Part shown: in pieces, positions 56,613-64,000 of the stretch
Layout of the letters: each line of letters starts with the position of its first letter
Numbering within the stretch: position 1 is the first letter of the stretch
Source: Candidatus Latescibacterota bacterium
GTDB lineage: Bacteria; Latescibacterota; UBA2968; UBA8231
DNA: 64,000 nt
Direction of reading: 5' to 3'
Assembly: GCA_963422735.1 (NCBI GenBank)
Contig: OY730476.1
Location: 640,001-704,000 of the forward strand
Position numbers and translations under genes: made by a program
The notes under the pieces: model-generated
The model's database searches: none
What the model was told of the DNA's origin: nothing
What the model saw: only the letters and a program-made list of their open reading frames with translations

Positions 56613-59600
56613 ACGACGACAAAAAGAAAAGGCGTCGGGAAGCAAGAAGGCAGCGCCAATGGGGTGAGGTCAATGAGTACCGCGACTTACTCCAAGCGCC
56701 CGACCGCTTTGATGAAGGCTTTACGATCCGCACCATTATAGGCGTGCTCTTTATCTCGCTAATTATGACCCCGGGCGAGATGTTCCTTGGATTGTACACG
56801 GGCGGGGGTGTTGGCGCGGCAGCGCAATGGGTGACGGTGATTCTCTTCTTAGAGGTCTCTAAGCGTTCGTTTACCTCGCTCAAGCGCCAAGAGATCTACC
56901 TGCTAGTGTACGTGGCCTCGGCCTTGGTCGCCCGCGAGGAAGGCGCGTTCCTCGAATTGCTCTGGCGTCAGTATTTCGTGCGCTCGGCCGAAGCTGAGCA
57001 ATTCGGTATCTCGCGCATTTTGCCGTGGTGGTGGGCACCCCAGCCCGATTCGGAGGCCATTGCCGAGCGGACCTTTATCCACCGCGACTGGCTGGCTCCG
57101 ATCCTGCTGTTGGTGATCGGGACGATCATGAGCCGCATCGCTTGGTTTACATCCGGCTACATGCTCTTCCGGCTCACCTCCGACCGCGAGCAATTGCCCT
57201 TTCCGACTGCGCCGATGTCGGCACTGGCGGCCATGGCGCTGGCCGAGGATTCGGGAGCTGAGCAGGAGACGTGGAAGTGGCCGGTGTTCAGCATCGGCTC
57301 GGTCATAGGTGCGTCATTCGGGGCCATCTACGTAGGAGTGCCGGTGGTCACCGAACTCTGGGGGTCCAAAGTGGAGATTCTGCCGATTCCCTTTTGGGAT
57401 TTGACCCCCTATTTCGGCAATATCCTCCATGCTACGCCGCTAGGGGTCGCCGTGCACTTGGGGCCGATATTCTCCGGGTTGCTCATGCCCTTCTGGTCGG
57501 TGGTTGGCTCCTTTTCCGGGGTGATACTGCACACAGCAGTCAGCCCCTTGCTCTACGAATTGGGCTATCTGCCGCGCTGGGAAGTCGGCATGGACACCAT
57601 CCGCACTCAAATAGTCACTGGAATCGATTTTTGGCGCGCCTTTTCCATTGGCATCACCATGGCCGTCACCATCGTCAGCTTCTACCAGCTTTTTTCCACC
57701 GGCCGCGAGAAGCGGGCCGAACTGCGGGAGAAGCTCCAACTCGAGAAGGCCGACCAGCCGATGGTGTGCAAGCACTCGGACTGCCACCGCCCGTCCGAGG
57801 TGAGGGGATACTGCTTAAAACACCTCGGCCGCGGTGATTTCAATCTGTGGATCTGCGCTTCGCTGTTTTGCGTGGCGGCGATCTATCCGATCGTCTTGGC
57901 CAAGACCTTGTTTCCCACCTTGGTCAGCACCGGGCTGTTGGTGATTTTCGTGCTCATCGCCTTTGTCTATGCGCCGATCATGTCCTTTGTCAGTGCCCGG
58001 CTCGACGGCTTGGTCGGCCGGGAGATTTCGATTCCCTATGTCGATGAGGCCATTCGCTTTATGACTGGTTTTCGCGGAGTCGAAATTTGGTTCGTCCCCT
58101 TTCCAGCCCGCAACTTCGGCGGGCATGCCGAGGGGTTTAGGGTCGTCGAGTTGACCGGGATGAAGTTTACTAGTCTGCTCAAGGCCGAGCTCTTTATGTT
58201 GCCCATCGTCTTAGGGGTGAGTCTGATGTACTGGACTTTCCTCTGGCGCTTGGCTCCCATCCCCTCGGAGAGCTACCCGTACGCGCAGCTCATGTGGCCA
58301 CTGAAGGCCTTTGACCAGGCACTCTACTTATCTAGCACCATGTACAGCAAAATGTGGCGCGCCGGAGAGGAGTTGGAAGGGGATATTGTGCCCGCTGGCC
58401 AAGCCGTGTGGAGCCCGAGCAATTTGCAGGACGGCCGTTGGTGGTACTGGCGGGTGAGTACCACGCGAGACTTAGAGGTGCCGGATCCGGCAAAGCGCAC
58501 CTATGGCCCTTGGTCGCAGACCGGATACTTCTACACCAACCTCAGCGGCGGAGGCACACCGCCGCTCCCGGAAGCCGCCGAGAGAATCGCCGCCGAGTTG
58601 TCGGATGGCCCTCAGCTACTTTGGCCTCCCAACGGCATGGCCGTTGCGACGCTGAACCCCAACTTCCGAGCTGCGGTCAATCTGGCTCCGGGCGATTCGG
58701 TTGATTTCTACTTTGAAGTGGATCTCTTGCCCAGCTTTGACGGCGAATTTTTGCAGCGCTCTTCGGACCGGCCCTTGCTCTTTGAGGTCCTGTGGCAGGA
58801 CATGCGCTTTACCGGCAATCGCAAGGACGACGATGGCGATCTCAATATCGCGGCTCTCGTCGAAGGTGTGGAGCCGGAAGGGGTAGGCGATCAACTCGGG
58901 CTGGAGGAAGGCGACCGCTTGCTCGCGGTAAACGGCGTCGAACTTCGCGTCCCCCAATGGGACGCCGCGCGGATCGACCGCTATTTTACTCAGGGCGCAG
59001 ACTCGGTGTTTGCCGCTTGGGAGCGGGATGAGAAAATTGTGCGTCGAGCCGTGGTGCGTAGGCCACAACAGTCCCTGGGACTTGAGTTTGCGGCGGACAC
59101 TTCATTCGTCAAGGGATGGACTGCATACGATGCGGTGCGCGTCGCCGCCGTGGCCGAGGAAGGGCTGGGCCACCGCTTGGGATTGCAAGCCGGTGACTAC
59201 CTTATGACGATCAACGGCCAAAGCATTGAGCAGGATACGTGGCGTAGCGAGGAGGTAAGGGCCGCCTTTGCTGCGGTTGTGGAGGAGACCGCGACTACGG
59301 TGCTAGTCGAGTGGGAGCGGGATGGAGACCGGCTTCAAGGTTTGGTGGCCGCCGCGCCGCCCGTCCAGCCAGGGTTGACCTATCGGGCGGGGGCCATCGA
59401 GGGCCTCGACGAAGAACTGGTCAACAACAAAGACGACGATGGTGATGGCCTGATCGACGAAGATACGGATCATCCCCTCGGCGGTAGGAAGTGGCCCATC
59501 ATCCTCGGCGGCGCGGGATTCGGCTTGACCGCATATTTCGCGCTGGCCTTTATGGGAATGCCGATCTTTCTCATCTGGGGATACGTCCAGAGCGTCAACG

Positions 59601-59800
59601 GCATTCCTCATTTTCTCATTCCGCAAATTATCGGTGCCCTGATCGCCAGACATTACTTCTGGAAGCGATACGGCAAGCAGGAATGGCGGCGCTATGCCAT
59701 GGTTCTGAGCGTGGGCTTCGGGGTTGGCATGTCGCTGATCGGCATGTTTAGTGCCGCTTTGGCGATGATCAAAAAGGCCGTCTCTTCCCTCGCTTACTGA
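56609..59800 (+). CDS. OPT-family-like peptide transporter with a PDZ-containing insertion
   Basis: FDEGFTIRT, LKRQE, DREQLPFP, WRLAPIPSESYPYAQLMWP, two GL..GD.L...NG PDZ-like repeats, DDDGDG loops. Confidence 0.78.
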   Translation: MNDDKKKRRREARRQRQWGEVNEYRDLLQAPDRFDEGFTIRTIIGVLFISLIMTPGEMFLGLYTGGGVGAAAQWVTVILFLEVSKRSFTSLKRQEIYLLVYVASALVAREEGAFLELLWRQYFVRSAEAEQFGISRILPWWWAPQPDSEAIAERTFIHRDWLAPILLLVIGTIMSRIAWFTSGYMLFRLTSDREQLPFPTAPMSALAAMALAEDSGAEQETWKWPVFSIGSVIGASFGAIYVGVPVVTELWGSKVEILPIPFWDLTPYFGNILHATPLGVAVHLGPIFSGLLMPFWSVVGSFSGVILHTAVSPLLYELGYLPRWEVGMDTIRTQIVTGIDFWRAFSIGITMAVTIVSFYQLFSTGREKRAELREKLQLEKADQPMVCKHSDCHRPSEVRGYCLKHLGRGDFNLWICASLFCVAAIYPIVLAKTLFPTLVSTGLLVIFVLIAFVYAPIMSFVSARLDGLVGREISIPYVDEAIRFMTGFRGVEIWFVPFPARNFGGHAEGFRVVELTGMKFTSLLKAELFMLPIVLGVSLMYWTFLWRLAPIPSESYPYAQLMWPLKAFDQALYLSSTMYSKMWRAGEELEGDIVPAGQAVWSPSNLQDGRWWYWRVSTTRDLEVPDPAKRTYGPWSQTGYFYTNLSGGGTPPLPEAAERIAAELSDGPQLLWPPNGMAVATLNPNFRAAVNLAPGDSVDFYFEVDLLPSFDGEFLQRSSDRPLLFEVLWQDMRFTGNRKDDDGDLNIAALVEGVEPEGVGDQLGLEEGDRLLAVNGVELRVPQWDAARIDRYFTQGADSVFAAWERDEKIVRRAVVRRPQQSLGLEFAADTSFVKGWTAYDAVRVAAVAEEGLGHRLGLQAGDYLMTINGQSIEQDTWRSEEVRAAFAAVVEETATTVLVEWERDGDRLQGLVAAAPPVQPGLTYRAGAIEGLDEELVNNKDDDGDGLIDEDTDHPLGGRKWPIILGGAGFGLTAYFALAFMGMPIFLIWGYVQSVNGIPHFLIPQIIGALIARHYFWKRYGKQEWRRYAMVLSVGFGVGMSLIGMFSAALAMIKKAVSSLAY

Positions 59801-59805
59801 GGGGG

Positions 59806-59834
59806 TGGACAAGGTCTATTAGCCCTTGTATCTT
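59806..59834 (+). promoter_or_regulatory. promoter, probably giving a near-leaderless transcript
   Basis: TGGACA-N17-TATCTT with ATG 8 nt downstream and no RBS. Confidence 0.5.
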
Positions 59835-59842
59835 CGCCAGTT

Positions 59843-60166
59843 ATGGACTTGTTTGCGCGCATATTCCGCGTCGTGCGGGCGCACACTGCGGCCACTGAGC
59901 CACGCGATGCCTACGAGCCTTGGCGGCCCCCGGCGACAGCCCCGGTCCCTGCCGAAGACCCGGTCCTCGCTGGGTATTACGCCAATCTGGAGCTGCCTTA
60001 TGGGGCGAATCTGGAGGCGGTGAAGGCGGCGTGGAAGCGGTTGATGAAGCAGTACCACCCCGACCGCCACGCACAGGATCCGGCCAAGCGCGAGGTTGCC
60101 AACGCCCTGTGCGCCCAGTTGACGCACGCCTATAAAGAGCTGGAAAAGTCCCTGACAACCCATTAA
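59843..60166 (+). CDS. small J-domain protein
   Basis: YYANLEL...VKAAWKRLMKQYHPD...LTHAYKEL with an intact HPD motif. Confidence 0.9.
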   Translation: MDLFARIFRVVRAHTAATEPRDAYEPWRPPATAPVPAEDPVLAGYYANLELPYGANLEAVKAAWKRLMKQYHPDRHAQDPAKREVANALCAQLTHAYKELEKSLTTH

Positions 60167-60186
60167 ACCAGCATTGGAGGAAGCTT

Positions 60187-60579
60187 ATGGCTGATTTTGC
60201 CACCGTGAAGGAGTACGTCCTCGAGTTGGGCCTTGCCATTGTCGAGGAGATTCCCGAAGAGGAAATCATCATTGTCAACGACGAGGAGCGGGGGGTGCAA
60301 AACTTGGTTGTTGATTGCGAGGATACGGTGCTGGTGATCGAGCAGCTTATCCTACAAGTCGCTGCCGGAGCCGCCGAGACGCATAAGCGGATTTTGCAGA
60401 TGAACCGCGACTTGATCTTTGGTGCCTTTGTCCTCAATGAGGAAGGCGATTCGCTGCTCTACCGCAACACGCTGGCGCTGGAGAATTTGGACTTAAACGA
60501 ACTGGAAAGCACGATCAACTCCCTCAGTCTCGGCTTAGTCGAGCATGGGGAGGAATTACTGGGGTTTGCCGCCAAATAG
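60187..60579 (+). CDS. YbjN/CesT-like (type III chaperone fold) protein
   Basis: Acidic 130-aa protein, LQMNRDLIFGAFVL, YRNTLALENLDLNEL; GGAGG RBS; sits upstream of pspA. Confidence 0.75.
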   Translation: MADFATVKEYVLELGLAIVEEIPEEEIIIVNDEERGVQNLVVDCEDTVLVIEQLILQVAAGAAETHKRILQMNRDLIFGAFVLNEEGDSLLYRNTLALENLDLNELESTINSLSLGLVEHGEELLGFAAK

Positions 60580-60590
60580 GAGGATAGGAC

Positions 60591-61301
60591 ATGGCAGGTA
60601 TATTTCAACGCTTGTTTAAAACCGGGCAGGCTGAGGCTCACTCCCTAGTGGATAAGCTCGAAGACCCGATCAAGATGAGCGAGCAAGCGATCCGCGACTT
60701 AAAAAAGGACTTGCAGGAAAGCCTCAAGGCCCTCGCTGAGGTTAAGGCGATCTCGATAAGGCTCAGCCGCGAGTCCGAAGACCACCGGCGGCGCGCCCAA
60801 GACTACGAGCGCAAGGCCATGCTGCTGTTGCAAAAGGCCGAATCCGGCCAGATGGAGGAAGCCGAAGCCGACCGCTTGGCACGCGAATCCCTGACCCGCG
60901 TCGAGGAGGCCCAGAGCCGGCACTCAGAATCCTCCCAACAGGCCCAAACCCAACAGGCGATGGCTAACAAGCTGCAAAGCAATGTCAACGATCTGAAGTC
61001 AAAAATCGCCTCGTACGAAAACGATCTGGTAACCCTCAAAGCGCGCACTAAAACCGCCAACGCCACCCGCAAAATCAACCAGCACTTGGCCAACATCGAT
61101 TCAAAGGGCACCACGGCTCTGCTCGAACGGATGAAGGAAAAGACCGAAGAGCAGGAAGCCCTCGCCGAGGCCTATGGCGATATGGGAGACGCAGCGACGT
61201 CCGTTGACGACGAGATCGACAAGGCCCTCGCCGACAGCAAGGGAGCCAAGGTCGATGATTCGCTGGCCCAGCTCAAGGCCAGAATGGCAGCGAAACAGTA
61301 A
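60591..61301 (+). CDS. PspA/IM30 family protein
   Basis: MAGIFQRLF amphipathic start, LEDPIKMSEQAIRD, coiled coil, LAQLKARM at the end. Confidence 0.93.
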   Translation: MAGIFQRLFKTGQAEAHSLVDKLEDPIKMSEQAIRDLKKDLQESLKALAEVKAISIRLSRESEDHRRRAQDYERKAMLLLQKAESGQMEEAEADRLARESLTRVEEAQSRHSESSQQAQTQQAMANKLQSNVNDLKSKIASYENDLVTLKARTKTANATRKINQHLANIDSKGTTALLERMKEKTEEQEALAEAYGDMGDAATSVDDEIDKALADSKGAKVDDSLAQLKARMAAKQ

Positions 61302-61311
61302 GGACTGCATC

Positions 61312-62970
61312 TTGGGGGAGAAGGCCCTTAGCCGCCGGCAGTTTTTCTGTGCGCTCGCCGCGGCTGGCGGCTGGGCCGCTTGGAGCGGTTGCTCGTCCGA
61401 TCACCAGCGGCGAGCGATCCCCGGGCGAATCGTCAACGGAGGACCGCCGCGTGGGCACCTGCTACGCGATGTGCATTCCTGGGCAGACTTCGCCGCGGCT
61501 GAGCGCACGTGCGATATCGCCATTGTCGGCGGTGGAATCTCCGGCTTGGCCGCGGCGTGGAAGTTGCGTCGGTCGGGGGTGGAGCGGATTGTCCTCCTCG
61601 ACCTCGAAGGCCAGCTAGGGGGCACCAGTCGCAGTGGCCAATGGGGCGATCGAGTATTTCCTTGGGGTGCTCACTACATCAACATCCCTCCCGCCGAAGC
61701 CGACTGCATCCACGAAATACTGCAAGATATAGGCGTTATTGACGGCTACGACGCGGCGAATAAGCCGCTGGTCGCCGCTGGGGCGATGCTGCGCTGGCCG
61801 CACGGGCGGCTCTTCTATCGGGGGCGCTGGGTCGCCGGGCTGGACCCGTTTGTCGGCGCATCGGGCCGGGAGCGCGAAGCCCTGTTGCGCTTTGAAGACG
61901 AGATGCTGCGCTGGGCCTTGCATCGCGGCCGGGACGGACGCCGGGCCTTTGCCATGCCTTTGCGCTACAGCACGGCCGATGTAAGGGTGCGGCGTTTGGA
62001 CCAAATCAGTATGGCCCAGTACCTCCGCGAAGAGGGATGGCACGACGATCGGCTCCGCTGGCTGGTCGATTACGCCTGCCGCGACGACTACGGCAGCACG
62101 GCAGCCCAAGTCTCGGCTTGGGCCGGGATTCACTACTATGCCTGTAGGTTCTACGACTACCGGATCGAGGAGGCGTATCCAGCCCACACGCTGACGTGGC
62201 CCGAGGGCAATGGGCACCTAGTTGCGGAACTCGCTAATAGGTTGGGGGAAAACGAGATAAAGCGACAATCGCTAGTGGCTCGTCTAGCCGAGGAGCGGTC
62301 GCAGGTGCGGCTGGGGTACATCGACTTGGCCACCGGGGAAAAACGGCAACTGACCGCCCGGGCGGTAGTGTACGCCGGCAAGCTCCACACGGCTCCCTAC
62401 GCGATCGCGGGCCTGCCGGATGCACAGGCCAAGGCTATGGCGGCTATCGAGTATAGCCCTTGGTTGGTGGCGGCGATTTTTCTCAAAGAGCCGCTTGCTG
62501 CTCAGCAGACGACTTGGGACAATGTTTTGTACGACAGCCCGTCGCTGGGCTATGTGGTCGCCGATCACCAGCAGGGCGGGGGAGGCCGCGTATTGATGTA
62601 CTATTGGCCCTTTGTCAACCAGCTCGAGCACGCCCGGCACACCTTACTCGCGCAGGACCATTCATTCTGGGCCGAACAGATCATGGCCGATCTGCGCCGG
62701 GTCCACCCGGAGCTGGACGACCTCGTGGAGCGCGTCGATCTATATCGCTGGGGGCACGGGATGATGCGGCCCAGTCCTGAGTCGCTGTGGGGACCGACGG
62801 CCGGTTGGCGGCAGCAGCCAATGGAGCGGATATTTTTTGCTTCGTGCGATGCGACGGGGCTACCCCTTTGCGAAGAAGCGATATTTTCCGGTATTCTGGC
62901 GGCGGAGCGGGCCATGGATTGCCTCGGCGTGGCGTATCCCTCCTCGCTAATAGGGCTTGAAGATGCCTAG
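61312..62970 (+). CDS. Tat-exported FAD-dependent amine oxidase-family protein
   Basis: SRRQF twin-arginine motif plus lipobox-like WSGC, IVGGGISG, PWGAHY, YACRDDYG, TWPEGNG, RWGHGM. Confidence 0.85.
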   Translation: MGEKALSRRQFFCALAAAGGWAAWSGCSSDHQRRAIPGRIVNGGPPRGHLLRDVHSWADFAAAERTCDIAIVGGGISGLAAAWKLRRSGVERIVLLDLEGQLGGTSRSGQWGDRVFPWGAHYINIPPAEADCIHEILQDIGVIDGYDAANKPLVAAGAMLRWPHGRLFYRGRWVAGLDPFVGASGREREALLRFEDEMLRWALHRGRDGRRAFAMPLRYSTADVRVRRLDQISMAQYLREEGWHDDRLRWLVDYACRDDYGSTAAQVSAWAGIHYYACRFYDYRIEEAYPAHTLTWPEGNGHLVAELANRLGENEIKRQSLVARLAEERSQVRLGYIDLATGEKRQLTARAVVYAGKLHTAPYAIAGLPDAQAKAMAAIEYSPWLVAAIFLKEPLAAQQTTWDNVLYDSPSLGYVVADHQQGGGGRVLMYYWPFVNQLEHARHTLLAQDHSFWAEQIMADLRRVHPELDDLVERVDLYRWGHGMMRPSPESLWGPTAGWRQQPMERIFFASCDATGLPLCEEAIFSGILAAERAMDCLGVAYPSSLIGLEDA

Positions 62971-64000
62971 GCTAGGCTCGCTGTTTTTGCTAGTGGCCAT
63001 TTTCTCGGCCGCAGTCTGCGCCATCGTCTATCAGCTACTCATCGGCAGCGTGGCGTCCTACTTCCTCGGCAATAGCGTCGAGCAGTTTTCCCTGACGATC
63101 GGCTTTTTCCTCGCTGCGATGGGGCTTGGCTCTTGGCTTTCGCGCTTTGTCGCCGACGGCTTGCTATTGACGCGGCTAGCCCAGCTAGAGATTTGGCTGG
63201 GGCTTTTGGGTGGGATTTCGGTTGGCGTGCTCTACGTGCTCTACGGGTACACCGACCACTTTAGGGCCGGCATGTTGGCTTTGAGCACGGCGATTGGCGC
63301 GTTGATCGGCTTGGAAGTGCCGCTGATTACCCGGCTTTTGCGCGGGCACGGCACGCTGCGCGCAGCGTTATCTAATGTTTTGTCCCTCGATTATCTGGGG
63401 GCCTTGTTGGCCTCGTTGCTCTTCCCGTACATCCTGTTGCCTTTCCTCGGCAGTCTGCATACGGCGTTGGTTGCCGGCTTAGTCAATGCGGTCCTCGGCC
63501 TTGGCGTGGTACTTGCGTTTAAGGAGACGTTGCTAAAGCAACGCGCCTTCGGCTCGCTAGGGGCGCAAGCACTTGCGGTTATTTCGGCCCTAGGGGTGCT
63601 GGCTTGGCAGGGGGAGGGGCTGCGGGCGCGGTGGGAAAGCGATCTCTACGAAGACCACATCGTCCACAGCGAGCAATCGGCCTACCAGCAAATCGTCCTG
63701 ACCCGGCGCGACCAACACCTGCGGCTCTATCTCAACGGGCACTTGCAATTCGCCTCCATTGACGAGCATCGCTACCACGAAGCCCTAGTTCATCCGGCTA
63801 TGGCCCTGACGCTCTCCCGCGAAAGAGTGCTCATCATCGGGGGAGGGGACGGCCTAACGGCGCGGGAGGTACTAAAATACGAGGAGGTCCAGCACGTCGA
63901 TTTAGTCGATCTCGACCCGGCGGTAACGCGGTTGGCCCAGCGCAACATCCACCTGGCCCGGCTCAACGACAACGCCTTGAATCGCCGCCAAGTCCGCGTG
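62963..64000 (+). CDS. speE: membrane-bound polyamine aminopropyltransferase (long SpeE), 3' end outside the window
   Basis: Not in the ORF track because it has no stop in the window. MPRLGSLF...VEQFSLTIG...GLEVPL...LDYLGAL TM domain, then SAYQQIV, LYLNGHLQF, DEHRYHEALVHP, IIGGGDG, VDLDP. Confidence 0.9.
   Translation, partial: MPRLGSLFLLVAIFSAAVCAIVYQLLIGSVASYFLGNSVEQFSLTIGFFLAAMGLGSWLSRFVADGLLLTRLAQLEIWLGLLGGISVGVLYVLYGYTDHFRAGMLALSTAIGALIGLEVPLITRLLRGHGTLRAALSNVLSLDYLGALLASLLFPYILLPFLGSLHTALVAGLVNAVLGLGVVLAFKETLLKQRAFGSLGAQALAVISALGVLAWQGEGLRARWESDLYEDHIVHSEQSAYQQIVLTRRDQHLRLYLNGHLQFASIDEHRYHEALVHPAMALTLSRERVLIIGGGDGLTAREVLKYEEVQHVDLVDLDPAVTRLAQRNIHLARLNDNALNRRQVRV

Noticed and set aside
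1-64000. CRISPR array, rRNA, intact integrase or transposase
   Set aside because: I found no regularly spaced direct repeats or corresponding motifs by eye.

Overview
GC-rich bacterial chromosomal window, densely coding and mostly on the + strand. It holds about 50 intact CDS, one tRNA-Asn and about 8 decayed gene remnants. I found no CRISPR array, rRNA, intact transposase or integrase. The gene repertoire suggests a Latescibacterota/Gemmatimonadota-like, possibly host-associated lineage, but that is a guess. Core genes include rny, dxr, a queD-like gene, a sigma70 factor, msrAB, korAB flanked by two CBS genes, hemE, ftsH, gdhA and an orphan E2. The best candidate for an undescribed system is 48.8-59.8 kb: three translationally coupled giant membrane genes facing an intact M20/M42-type peptidase. 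They encode an OPT-like permease, a 1467-aa nicalin/nicastrin-like pseudo-peptidase fused to two FtsX-type permease modules, and a second OPT-like permease carrying a CCCH finger and a nested Ca-loop/PDZ insertion. No ABC ATPase is present. Directly downstream is a J-domain/YbjN/PspA/Tat amine oxidase/membrane aminopropyltransferase stress operon. Other points of interest: several pseudo-enzymes (UvrA-like, GH-like, AbfD-like), a collapsed amidoligase-DUF5049-GATase mobile remnant behind tRNA-Asn, many deletion-collapsed pseudogenes, CTAG abundance marking host versus foreign DNA, and a recurring TTGAC-17-TAT(C/A)TT promoter. All family assignments come from motif recognition by eye; no database search was run.
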